From positions 96,001-160,000 of the forward strand of contig JAUVXV010000003.1 of NCBI GenBank assembly GCA_030603365.1: DNA of 64,000 bases, written 5' to 3'. Made by a program: the position numbers and the translations under genes. How positions within the stretch are numbered: position 1 is the first letter of the stretch; every line of letters begins with the position of its first letter. A model generated the notes under the pieces. That model was not told where the DNA came from. It did no database searches and saw only the letters and a program-made list of their open reading frames with translations. The stretch comes from Candidatus Heimdallarchaeota archaeon (lineage in GTDB: Archaea > Asgardarchaeota > Heimdallarchaeia > Heimdallarchaeales > Heimdallarchaeaceae). Shown piece by piece: positions 1-9,933 of this stretch.

Positions 1-2
1 TT

Positions 3-1586
3 GACGAGAGTACAAATGCGTATGTCAATACTACAAGTTTGATTTATGGTGAGAATGTCAGTTATATTGTAGAAGTCACAGATTCTCTTACTCATTCAGA
101 GATAGTAGGTCTTAAAATAAATCTTAATAATTCAGCTTTTGATTTCATTGTTAATGTTACAAAACTTGATAGTATTACTTATGAAATTCTAATTGTAGCT
201 AACAATGTCACTGATAGTATTTTTGCTAAAATAGAAATTCAATTCTATAAATGGGAAGAGAGTAAACAATATATCCAAATCTACTTGAAGGTGGATAAAA
301 AAGAAGGATCTCTTTTCATTCATCAAAGTAGTGTTGATACAGTTACCTATGGAGAGATTATTCCTGTCATAATATATCTTCAAAATGACTTAGGTTTAAA
401 TGAGACAATTCTGTCTATAGTAGTTAATGGATTGATTACTGATATCAAAATTTTAGGTGATGGGTTGTATCAATTTAACTTCTCATCCACCGCACTAACT
501 AGTAAAGGAAATCATACTCTGGACATTCAAGTTCAATCTGAGTTCTTTTATGGTTCGAACAGTGTTTTTACAATTGAGGTTTTACCAATTCAGTCTCAGA
601 TATCAGTTGAAGTTACGAGTTATGAAGTACTAGAAGAATCACAAGTAGTTATCAGAGGTTTACTAACAGCAGACGATGGAACACCTCTTTCTGACCAAGA
701 AATACTGGTTTATGTTTATATTGTTGAAGAATCAAATGGAAGACTTGTCTATGCTTTGAATATAGACGATTATGATGATTATAGAATTATTACAGTGTAT
801 ACAGATGCTGATGGTTACTTTACTGCATCTTTCCAGATGTATGAGGGAATAGAGTATATTGACATAGAAGTATTCTATGATGGTAATAATCATCATGATA
901 TCTCCTCTTCTGTTCTAGATGCTTCTGTTTATTCAATGAAACCTCCAGGACTTCCATCTTGGTTATTATATACAATTATTGGTGGAAGCGTGCTTTTGGG
1001 TTTGATTGTTTCACTAATTATATACAAGATAGTTAAACCTAAACCATTTGAAGCTTTAATGGAAAAAATAACAGATGAACAAATAGCACTAAATTATTCT
1101 ATTATGTCTCCAGGTGTTGTTCTTTCCATTTTTGATCAAAGAAAAGGACCTGTACCTCTAGTAATGGATCATAGTTTAGAGCTAGGACAGTATGTAGGAC
1201 GACTAAGAATGGGGACAGAGAATTTCATACTTAAAATCTCTGACCAGGCATACAGCTCGCTTGGTTTCGAAGAACATGATACAGGTCGTAGAGTTGGTTC
1301 TATTGTTCTACCAGGAGAAAAAATGGTGGGATGGGTACATGGAATACAACTACCAAATGAAACCGCAAGAGGGGGATTTGAAAATCTTTCATTAATCGTT
1401 CTAGCAGATTCAGAATATAGTAATTTACTATTAAATTATCAAGATTACTTATACGATGAAGCAGACAAGTTAGTTGAAGTTCTAAAGGCAAAAAACCAGC
1501 TCGATAATATTAAAATCATTATAGAGGGAATAAGGAAGAAATCAGTAATAATAATGCTAGCAGCGCAAGGGATAGAAGAGAAATAA
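3..1586 (+). CDS. 5'-truncated single-pass surface protein: Ig-like ectodomain, TM helix, cytoplasmic longin/uDENN-like domain
   Basis: Frame is open from base 3 (DESTNAYVNTTSLIYG), so the gene starts upstream of the window. Beta-rich ectodomain with N-x-S/T sequons; TM PSWLLYTIIGGSVLLGLIVSLIIY; C-terminal VVLSIFDQRKGP...NETARGG; clear paralogue of the next ORF. Confidence 0.8.
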   Translation, partial: DESTNAYVNTTSLIYGENVSYIVEVTDSLTHSEIVGLKINLNNSAFDFIVNVTKLDSITYEILIVANNVTDSIFAKIEIQFYKWEESKQYIQIYLKVDKKEGSLFIHQSSVDTVTYGEIIPVIIYLQNDLGLNETILSIVVNGLITDIKILGDGLYQFNFSSTALTSKGNHTLDIQVQSEFFYGSNSVFTIEVLPIQSQISVEVTSYEVLEESQVVIRGLLTADDGTPLSDQEILVYVYIVEESNGRLVYALNIDDYDDYRIITVYTDADGYFTASFQMYEGIEYIDIEVFYDGNNHHDISSSVLDASVYSMKPPGLPSWLLYTIIGGSVLLGLIVSLIIYKIVKPKPFEALMEKITDEQIALNYSIMSPGVVLSIFDQRKGPVPLVMDHSLELGQYVGRLRMGTENFILKISDQAYSSLGFEEHDTGRRVGSIVLPGEKMVGWVHGIQLPNETARGGFENLSLIVLADSEYSNLLLNYQDYLYDEADKLVEVLKAKNQLDNIKIIIEGIRKKSVIIMLAAQGIEEK

Positions 1587-1600
1587 GAAGGAGGATTAAA

Positions 1601-4600
1601 ATGACTAGAAATAACAACAAGATTTTTGGACTAATACTTATAATTTTATGTTTTAATACAGTGACCCATCAAGAGATTCTAAACACAGAATCAACTAACT
1701 CTGATGTTGAAAACCTATTGAATGATCCTCCTTATACTCCAAGTTTTCCAGGCTATGTAGACAAAGCTGAAAATCCTGATGATAGTTCACTTATAACAAA
1801 TACCGAAATCGAGGGAGAGTTTCAAACTTTAGCATTTTTCCCTGGTGGAACAGGTAAAATTTATGGGGAATCTCGAGTAGGTGAGACCCTGATCAATGAT
1901 CCAGCAGGTGAGGATCCATATGATAGAAGAAATATTTTTGAATGGGTTACCTACGACGATATCAAAGATGATGGAACATTAAATAAAGAGATGTACTGGA
2001 GAGCTCTGAGTGATGAACCTCTTACTTGGCCGAATTCTACAGATTGGTTCTACATGAGAGAGAGAAATTCTCCACATGAACCTTCCAAAATTTATAGTCC
2101 AGTTTTCACAGAGGACTATGAAATCACAGGAAGAGTCTACTGGTTATCTTGGTTTGAATCAAATGACGATCCTCCTTTTTCAGAAGCAATAAACATTGGT
2201 TATCGTCAGAGTCTTTACCTCTTCAACCCAGCAGATCCTTCCAATCCCACTTTACTTGCTAGTATACAGAGTATATATTATGAACCTAACATCTGGGCAG
2301 GTCAAAGAACACACTTTGCAGATTTAGTTGGAACTACACTAATTCCTGCTGGTTATAGATTAAGATGGGATATTGAAATACGGTTCAGTTTAGTTCCTTC
2401 AGCAGGATCTTTTCTCCAGTATACTGGTTACCTACATACTGGTGGTGGTTCAACAACATGGACAATCGATGATCCTGATCCAATTTATGATAGCACATAT
2501 ACAATTAATAATGTGACAAGGATGTCAGGAATTCAACTTAGAATGCGTTCTAAAGGATATCCTACCATAAATGTGTTAGGAGCGACTGACAATGCTGTTT
2601 ATCAGGTTCTTCAGAATATGACTATCGATGTGACTGATGGTTCGATAAGTTCATATCAGTGGAATGGTGGAAGTTGGACTTCTTTTAGTGATTTAACGAC
2701 CACTTCTCTTCCTGATAATCATGGTTGGAATGAACTTGAAATAAAAGCAAGTGATCCAGTTTTTAACAACACAAAGATTGTTACTTATATCTTTGGATAT
2801 GATAAGTCCTTGATTAATGTTGTACTTAATAGTCCTCTTACGAATGGGTCGACTATAACGGGTGGAACTACCATTGATTTGGATGTTTTCAGTGTAAACC
2901 TAACAGAATACATGTGGGATAATAATGGAACGTGGGTTCTTTTAGAGAGTCCATATAACATAAGCGCTCCAGATTTTGATGGAGAACACATACTAACAGT
3001 TCGAACATCTGATTTCTACACTATTGAATCTGTTGTCTATATTTTTGTTTTCGATTCTACTAATCCAATAATTCAGTTATATAATGTAGTCAATGATACA
3101 ACGCATGCCCCCAACAAAGTAATTGAGTTCAATATTACAGATAATTCTGCTATTCAAACTGCTTACTATAATTGGGATTCAGGAACTGATCAATTATGGA
3201 CACCTGCACAAGGAACCATTTATCAAACTAGCCTACCAATAGGTATTGGATATCATGAACTAGTTACAAAAGCAAATGATACATTCGGTCATTATACTGA
3301 ACAATTCTATCGGTTTTATACAGATGATCAGTTGTTCTTATTAGAACTTGCTGAATTACGTAATGATTCTTATTATCTAGGTGGAGATGATGTTGTTATT
3401 AACGTTCAAAAAAGTAATGGAACCATTAAATATGTCTGGGATAGTGGTACTATCAAAGACGGGAGTATCATTGCATCTCAAATGACACTAACAGGTGTAG
3501 ATGCTATGCCTACTACAGCAGGTCCCCATAATTTAACAATTATAACTTTTGATCTTATAGGGACAATGTATGTTTTTTACTTTAACTTCATTGTAGACCT
3601 TGAAGCTCCAATCATAGATGGTTCAATAGTTTCTCTCTATAACGACACAAGATTTACGACTGATAACACAATGGAATTTATTATAACTGATAATTATACC
3701 CGAACAAACCAACTTATTATCTATATATCAATTGATGGTAAAGCTAACCAAACCCTTAACTCTCCTTTTGAATTACATCTCTATACATTTAACGATGCTA
3801 CTCACTATTTCACAATATATGTCTATGATTTAGCAGGTAATTACGCTATTCAGACCATCTTCTTCCATATTGATACTCTTGCACCTATAATTGAAATAGA
3901 TATCCCAAGTATGATTGTTTTTCAAGAAACGAATTATGTTACAACAGGGGCAGAAGTTATAGTTACTGTAGATGATTTAGATCCTCTTGTTGATACATTT
4001 TACTCTTGGTCAGGAGCTGCTAATTCAAGCTTCTCAGGAAGTATAACTTTAAGTTATGGAGATAGTACAGGTGATCTTCTAATATTCGCAAATGATTCGT
4101 TGGGACATCTTGATTATTATACTATTATTCTAATTATAGACAATACAGCCCCACAATTATTCCTTTCCTCCCCAAATGTGCTTGATGAAATTAATAGATT
4201 TACTGACCTCGAATTCGATATCAATGAAGAGAATATCCAAACAGTTAACTCTATTGGATATTATTGGGATAAATTGCCTTTTTATTATTTCAATACAACA
4301 TACGATAGTTACGATAGCTTTGCACTAAGAATTCCTTCCCTTTTCTTCGATGGACCAGGTGCATATGTAACAGGAAATACTGCAACTCTTGTAATAGAAC
4401 TTTATGACATCCTAGGACATTCTGTATTTGGTAGTTTCGATTTTATTATAGACAGAGATGCTCCTATTCCTGGTTTATACCTGAATGAAAGTGGTGTAAT
4501 AACGCAATTGGAAGAAGGAATCATTTATACAAGTTTAGGCGAAACACCTCTTCTGTATAAGAATGATACAAATGATGACATAGCGGATTTATACTGGATT

Positions 4601-6427
4601 TGGGATGATGACGATGCAACAGGTGATTCATTAGAATTTGGTGGTATTTTAACTGGTGGATATTTGCTAGTAGATATTGTGCCACCAGAAGATGGCCGTC
4701 ATTATCTAAGAGTAGTTTTAACAGATAATACGATAAGTAGTCAACCAAATTTTATAGAATATATTTTCAACATTACTGTAAATGATATTAATATTGATAT
4801 TACTGAACCTAATCCTGAAATGTGGGTTGAGGAAGCAGATTTCTTGTCTTACCATCATAGAATGAACTATACTGATTCATTTAGTTTTACTGTTAATATC
4901 ACAGATACAGTAGATGGTTTAGAAATTCCAGATTTGCAAAATAGAACTATTTCAAGAGTATATAATCTCTTAGCAAGCATTGTTCAACTTGACAATACTA
5001 TCTATGAATGTACTATTGTAGCTACTAATGTTACAAATGGTCTTGAAACACATATAGATTTTGAATTTTACTTAATCGACGGTGGTTCTCAGAAGCTAAG
5101 GTTTTACTTGATTGTAGATAAAAAACTTGGTAGTCTGGAAATACTTGATAAAACAGAACTTACAGTTCAATACGATGAGGATATCGATGTTTACATTGGG
5201 TTAAAAGATCATCTTAGTCAAAATCTTTCAATTATTTATGTTGAAGTCAACTCTCTGATTACTAGTTTTTACAATATAGAAAATACTACAGAATTCTGGT
5301 TCAGATATTCAACACATGGGTTAGAAGAAGGAGAGCATGCAATTACCATTTATGCAGAGAGTACATTTTATTATGCAAAATTGGAAGGTAATTTGACTTT
5401 CGAATTTACAGTCACTCCACTACCCATTTTCATAGATATACAAGTCTCCAATTCTACTGTTTTAGAAGGAACAGAATTTACAATAACTGCAGCATTAACC
5501 TTCCAAAATGGAACAGGATTTGCTGGACAACTTTTACACTTCTTTGTATACTCATATTCGTATGAAACAACAACAGGAGAAGTTTCAGCAGCAATCCCAA
5601 CAAATTATACAACTTATATTATATCAAACAGAACAACCAACATCAATGGTATAGCAACCATAATATTTACTATGTCAACTGAAATTGATTATGTCCTTAT
5701 TGCAGTTACTTATGATGGTGGTGATTTTGTTGACACTTCATACTCTGAATTTGATGAGAAGGTAGTTAAAATTTTTCTACCTGGTTTTCCAAGTTGGTTA
5801 CTTTATACTTTGATTGGTGGAAGTCTATTTGTAATTTTAATAATCTCCCTCATTGTTTATCGAGTAACACGAGGTAAACCATTCGAAGAAGTAATGGAAA
5901 TCGTAACAATTGATGAGATAAAAGAACGATATGAGACTTTATCACCTGGCGTGATTCTAACAATATTTGATCAGAAAAAAGGACCAATACCTCTTATTGC
6001 ATCTCATTCTCTAGACACAACTAGATATCTTGGTCGTATGCAGATTGGTGTTGAAAATTTTATGCTTAAAATAGCTGATCAAGCTTATAGCTCTCTAGGT
6101 TTTGAGGAGCATGATGTTGGAAGAAGAGTAGGTTCGATAATTCTTCCTACAGAGAAGATGATAGGATTTGTTCATGGTGTTCAACTCCCTAATAAGATGG
6201 CTCGAGGTGGTTTTGAAAATCTATCATTAATTGTTCTTGCAGATTCGGAATTTGGTAACTTATTACTAAATTATCAAGAATATATTTATGATGAAATTGA
6301 TGTTATTATTGAAGCTTTGAAGACTAAGAAGCATTTGAAACAAGTTGAAGAATTACTGCGAATAGTTAGACATAAATCAGTTAAGGTCATGCTTACCGCA
6401 GAAAAAGTTGAACAAAAGAAAGGATAA
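1601..6427 (+). CDS. 1608-aa single-pass surface protein: signal peptide, Ig-like repeats, TM helix, cytoplasmic longin/uDENN-like domain
   Basis: GGAGG SD upstream; hydrophobic N-terminus; repeated D-x2-AP / A-x-D-x2-G Ig-like motifs; many sequons; TM near 5790-5860; VILTIFDQKKGP...NKMARGG. Confidence 0.85.
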   Translation: MTRNNNKIFGLILIILCFNTVTHQEILNTESTNSDVENLLNDPPYTPSFPGYVDKAENPDDSSLITNTEIEGEFQTLAFFPGGTGKIYGESRVGETLINDPAGEDPYDRRNIFEWVTYDDIKDDGTLNKEMYWRALSDEPLTWPNSTDWFYMRERNSPHEPSKIYSPVFTEDYEITGRVYWLSWFESNDDPPFSEAINIGYRQSLYLFNPADPSNPTLLASIQSIYYEPNIWAGQRTHFADLVGTTLIPAGYRLRWDIEIRFSLVPSAGSFLQYTGYLHTGGGSTTWTIDDPDPIYDSTYTINNVTRMSGIQLRMRSKGYPTINVLGATDNAVYQVLQNMTIDVTDGSISSYQWNGGSWTSFSDLTTTSLPDNHGWNELEIKASDPVFNNTKIVTYIFGYDKSLINVVLNSPLTNGSTITGGTTIDLDVFSVNLTEYMWDNNGTWVLLESPYNISAPDFDGEHILTVRTSDFYTIESVVYIFVFDSTNPIIQLYNVVNDTTHAPNKVIEFNITDNSAIQTAYYNWDSGTDQLWTPAQGTIYQTSLPIGIGYHELVTKANDTFGHYTEQFYRFYTDDQLFLLELAELRNDSYYLGGDDVVINVQKSNGTIKYVWDSGTIKDGSIIASQMTLTGVDAMPTTAGPHNLTIITFDLIGTMYVFYFNFIVDLEAPIIDGSIVSLYNDTRFTTDNTMEFIITDNYTRTNQLIIYISIDGKANQTLNSPFELHLYTFNDATHYFTIYVYDLAGNYAIQTIFFHIDTLAPIIEIDIPSMIVFQETNYVTTGAEVIVTVDDLDPLVDTFYSWSGAANSSFSGSITLSYGDSTGDLLIFANDSLGHLDYYTIILIIDNTAPQLFLSSPNVLDEINRFTDLEFDINEENIQTVNSIGYYWDKLPFYYFNTTYDSYDSFALRIPSLFFDGPGAYVTGNTATLVIELYDILGHSVFGSFDFIIDRDAPIPGLYLNESGVITQLEEGIIYTSLGETPLLYKNDTNDDIADLYWIWDDDDATGDSLEFGGILTGGYLLVDIVPPEDGRHYLRVVLTDNTISSQPNFIEYIFNITVNDINIDITEPNPEMWVEEADFLSYHHRMNYTDSFSFTVNITDTVDGLEIPDLQNRTISRVYNLLASIVQLDNTIYECTIVATNVTNGLETHIDFEFYLIDGGSQKLRFYLIVDKKLGSLEILDKTELTVQYDEDIDVYIGLKDHLSQNLSIIYVEVNSLITSFYNIENTTEFWFRYSTHGLEEGEHAITIYAESTFYYAKLEGNLTFEFTVTPLPIFIDIQVSNSTVLEGTEFTITAALTFQNGTGFAGQLLHFFVYSYSYETTTGEVSAAIPTNYTTYIISNRTTNINGIATIIFTMSTEIDYVLIAVTYDGGDFVDTSYSEFDEKVVKIFLPGFPSWLLYTLIGGSLFVILIISLIVYRVTRGKPFEEVMEIVTIDEIKERYETLSPGVILTIFDQKKGPIPLIASHSLDTTRYLGRMQIGVENFMLKIADQAYSSLGFEEHDVGRRVGSIILPTEKMIGFVHGVQLPNKMARGGFENLSLIVLADSEFGNLLLNYQEYIYDEIDVIIEALKTKKHLKQVEELLRIVRHKSVKVMLTAEKVEQKKG

Positions 6428-6441
6428 TTCTTCTTCTTTTT
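6428..6441 (+). terminator. pyrimidine/oligo-T tract after the surface-protein pair
   Basis: TTCTTCTTCTTTTT immediately after the stop codon, typical of an archaeal terminator. Confidence 0.4.
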
Positions 6442-6525
6442 ACCGCCTTTATCGATATATTATTATTGTATTTTCCGACAATTATCATAAAGGTTATATT
6501 AACACTAGTAATTAGAGGCTCAATT

Positions 6526-8421
6526 ATGTCCTATCTCTTCGATGAACTATCAGGAAAAGAAGACAGCAAAGCTACAGTTGAAGATAAGATTCTTCTTATG
6601 GGTCTTCAAGCTGCAGGAAAAACTGCTATCAAAGACGTTGTCTTCTTCAACAAACAACCTGAAGAAGTTAACGATTATATGGCTACAGTACACTATCAAA
6701 GACAGTTCATTGATGAAGAACAAAAAAGTATGATTATAGACTCTGGTGGACAAGAAAGTTATTGGAATGAAGCTGTTACTCATTTTAGACATCTTGTTTT
6801 TTCCAATGTTAAGTTGTTAGTATGGATTGTAGATGTTACAAAACCAGAATTATTCGAAGAATCAGAAAGACGATTCAGTTTTACAATACGACAATATAAA
6901 AAAGAGAATCCAGATGGAAGCATCACTGTTTTATGCCACAAAGTTGATTTAGTTACTCCAGAAAAAATGATTGTAATTCATCAACATGTTAGAGATATGT
7001 TCAGTGATCCTCGTTTTGAAGTTGATTTCGAAAATACTAGTATCTACTACTCTGACAGTCTCAAAGAATTATTATTTACTATAATGGATGAAGCTGGTAT
7101 TAACACTAAACGATTCGAACTTATCTCTAATCTTGGTCAGAAAGTTGAAGAGAGTGATGAATTCCAGAGTTATGTTATGGAACATCAGGAAGATCCAAGA
7201 GTCCAACAGTTACGTGATTATTTAAATCCTGAACCTGAAGCTCTACTTCCTTCTTTTGGAAAATTAACTTTGCAATTCGATCTGAAAGAGTATGACATTG
7301 TTGAAATAGTACTTATTGAAAAAGAAACGAATTCTCCCATAGTTGGAGCTTCATCTCAAGCTAATGTAACTGCTGAAAATTCCATGGAATATCTTATTGG
7401 TCTTCATGATTTTAAGAATAAGTTAAAAGAAAATGGAGAAAGTATAGACCCAACAGGGACAGTGTTTACATCATCTACAGGAAAAGTACATGCATTGGTG
7501 TTCAGTCTTGATGTTAATTATCTCCTTATTACTTCTTTCGATCCAATAACTGACGAGAGGAAAGAATTACTTTTTGAGCTAATCCTTAGATTCGCTCAAT
7601 CAACAACTGCAGCTGCAGAAGCTCCTCCTCCTCCTAGTGCTCCAGCTGTTATTGAAGAACCAGTTGCTCAACCCGATCCAATCGCTGAACAACCTGTTGC
7701 ACAACCAGAACCAGTTAAAGCAGCTGAAGAAGTGGCAGTTGCTCAAGAAACAATTGAGGTTCAAGAAGAAATTCCAGTTGAAGTAGCGGCTCCATTAGAA
7801 GTTGAAACTGCTGTCCCGGAAGCAAAACCAATTAAAATTGAAGAGATATTAACTGCTGAAGAAAAAGATGCAGGATTTTTCGAACCAGCTATAGTTGGGG
7901 ATGAATTTCTAGGTAAGGAAGAGCCTGTTACAGTAGTTGAATCTGAACCAATTCCTGCCACAACGGAAGAAGTTACAAAAATCTCTCAACCTGAGGTACA
8001 AGAGAAAGTTGCTGAAGCTGTTTCTGGAGAAAGAGAAGTTAAAATTGAAGACCCAGTTCCAGTTGTAACACCTCCAACACCTCAACCTGCTAAAGTTGTT
8101 GAAGAAGGTGTTCCTGAACCTCCCAAAGTTGAACTTGAACCTGAACCAACTCCTATTACTGAGGAACCTAAGGTAGAACTAATTCCTGTTCTAGCTGAAG
8201 TAGGAACACCCAAACAAGATCCAGTTGAAGCTACAGGAGATGGATTAACGATTAATTTTTCAGCTGATGATATCAAAAACTTTGCAAACTTCTTAGTTCA
8301 GAAAAAAGAAATAATTCTAGATGAATCTATAAATATCGAAGATATTAAAGGACTGTCCAATTTCTTATTTAAAGGGATAACAGAAGATAAAGAAGAACAA
8401 AAAGAAGAAGAATCAGACTAA
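6526..8421 (+). CDS. Rag/Gtr-family small GTPase with roadblock/longin-like domain and long acidic Pro/Glu/Val-rich tail
   Basis: KILLMGLQAAGKT (G1), DSGGQ (G3), HKVD (G4), TSIY (G5). ATG 6526 preceded by GAGG is preferred over the TTG at 6466. Confidence 0.85.
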   Translation: MSYLFDELSGKEDSKATVEDKILLMGLQAAGKTAIKDVVFFNKQPEEVNDYMATVHYQRQFIDEEQKSMIIDSGGQESYWNEAVTHFRHLVFSNVKLLVWIVDVTKPELFEESERRFSFTIRQYKKENPDGSITVLCHKVDLVTPEKMIVIHQHVRDMFSDPRFEVDFENTSIYYSDSLKELLFTIMDEAGINTKRFELISNLGQKVEESDEFQSYVMEHQEDPRVQQLRDYLNPEPEALLPSFGKLTLQFDLKEYDIVEIVLIEKETNSPIVGASSQANVTAENSMEYLIGLHDFKNKLKENGESIDPTGTVFTSSTGKVHALVFSLDVNYLLITSFDPITDERKELLFELILRFAQSTTAAAEAPPPPSAPAVIEEPVAQPDPIAEQPVAQPEPVKAAEEVAVAQETIEVQEEIPVEVAAPLEVETAVPEAKPIKIEEILTAEEKDAGFFEPAIVGDEFLGKEEPVTVVESEPIPATTEEVTKISQPEVQEKVAEAVSGEREVKIEDPVPVVTPPTPQPAKVVEEGVPEPPKVELEPEPTPITEEPKVELIPVLAEVGTPKQDPVEATGDGLTINFSADDIKNFANFLVQKKEIILDESINIEDIKGLSNFLFKGITEDKEEQKEEESD

Positions 8422-8423
8422 GT

Positions 8424-9653
8424 TTAAACTGGTCTGCTGTCATCATATCTTCTATATTCTAAATCTCCATCAAGAAAGATTGGTATTTCTCTTATACCTT
8501 CTACACATTCATGTAATGGGAACATCTCAACTGATGTTGCACCAAATCCTTTTTGGACTTTAATACCTCTTTCAAGATTTTCAGAATTTTCTACTGCAAC
8601 ATCGATTATAGATTTCTGAAGATTACGACCACAAATATCACATTTAAATGAGATTGACTGTTCTACTCTTCTTTCAATTGTTTCACCTTTCTCAAGACCT
8701 TTTTTGAGTAGGTAATCTACTAAAGTGCCTTTCATCTTTATTCTTGCTCTTCCTATTAGTTCATCTGCTTGGAAAAGCTCTTTCATCTCAGCGGCAAGAT
8801 TCATGAAGTATTCTATCTCTTCATCTACTGAATGCTGAGGAGGAAAGACAGTTGTTAGAATAAGATCTTGATCTACTTCTCTCATATATACTCTGTTTTC
8901 ATCAAATGAGAATGTCACATAATCTAATTGTAATGTTGGTGAAAACATCTTGGCAAGATCATTTTTTAGTTTAACAAAATTGAATCCTGTATATCTCTCT
9001 GGTTGAGAATAGAGCATTAGACCTTGAGCAGTTGATAATGAAAGAAAAACCAAATCTTGTTTGCTAAAAGCTTCCTTAATTTTAACAGACTTTGTATCAT
9101 CTTTTGGAAAGACATATGCAATCACTTGTTGCATTGCGTCCCAGATTGTATCTTCAAAGATTGAAGTTGCAAATAGATCAGCATTCGTAAATTTGTCAAT
9201 CTCAAAAATATCTTTTATTGATTGTAAAACAGGTTCTCTTTTATTTGGTGGAACAACATCCATTTTATGTGCAAAAACATAAATTCTTGCTCCCTCTGAT
9301 AGTTGTTTAGCGTTTTCCATTGTCAGATCAAAATAATACTTAGATCTCATAATGTTTGAAGCATCAGAAATATCGATAACGAAAATGAATGCTTTTACAT
9401 CACTGAAGGTTCTTTCTTTGTATTGTTCAAATACTTCATTCAAGTAATTGGATTGCCCTCCAACATCAAATAGGTTAATGGCACTTCCTGCAAGATTGAA
9501 CAGTTTTCTGTTAATACGAACAGTCGCAGGGTTCATTGATGTTGCTTCTGGAGCAAAGCCTTCGAAAACTACTTGACGTATAGAAGTTTTACCAGACTGA
9601 GATAAGCCAAGAACGACAATTTTGGATTCTAATTCATTTCCACCAGTGTACAT
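8424..9653 (-). CDS. Rag/Gtr-family small GTPase with roadblock/longin-like domain and C-terminal Zn-binding domain
   Basis: GLSQSGKT, DVGGQ, HKMD, TSIF; C-terminal CDIC...HEC. Confidence 0.85.
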   Translation of the reverse strand: MYTGGNELESKIVVLGLSQSGKTSIRQVVFEGFAPEATSMNPATVRINRKLFNLAGSAINLFDVGGQSNYLNEVFEQYKERTFSDVKAFIFVIDISDASNIMRSKYYFDLTMENAKQLSEGARIYVFAHKMDVVPPNKREPVLQSIKDIFEIDKFTNADLFATSIFEDTIWDAMQQVIAYVFPKDDTKSVKIKEAFSKQDLVFLSLSTAQGLMLYSQPERYTGFNFVKLKNDLAKMFSPTLQLDYVTFSFDENRVYMREVDQDLILTTVFPPQHSVDEEIEYFMNLAAEMKELFQADELIGRARIKMKGTLVDYLLKKGLEKGETIERRVEQSISFKCDICGRNLQKSIIDVAVENSENLERGIKVQKGFGATSVEMFPLHECVEGIREIPIFLDGDLEYRRYDDSRPV

Positions 9654-9933
9654 GTACCTTCATGTCTAAACCTATTATTTCCTTATAAAATGTTTATGTT
9701 ACTCCTAAATTATAAGTAGATGGTTTCAAACTTTATTAGAACGAATTTCATGATTTTGTTCTAGATAGTTTGTCTGAAGGTCTCCTTCTTGTAAGATGGG
9801 GTTTCGAATCATGAACTCTTACTGGCTAACACGACCACCTTCTTGAATAGGGCACCTTTTTGAAAGGTATCAGTCTTTACAGCAAAATGCAACAAGAATT
9901 ATAAGTGTGATAGTATGATGGGGATTGAGTAAT

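Noticed and set aside
9795-9815. GGTTTCGAATC resembling a tRNA T-loop
   Set aside because: It has an extra T, and no T-stem or cloverleaf can be built.
9771-9890. Cobalamin, fluoride or SAM riboswitch, SRP RNA or RNase P RNA
   Set aside because: Only fragmentary motif similarities, some on opposite strands; the core consensus elements are missing.
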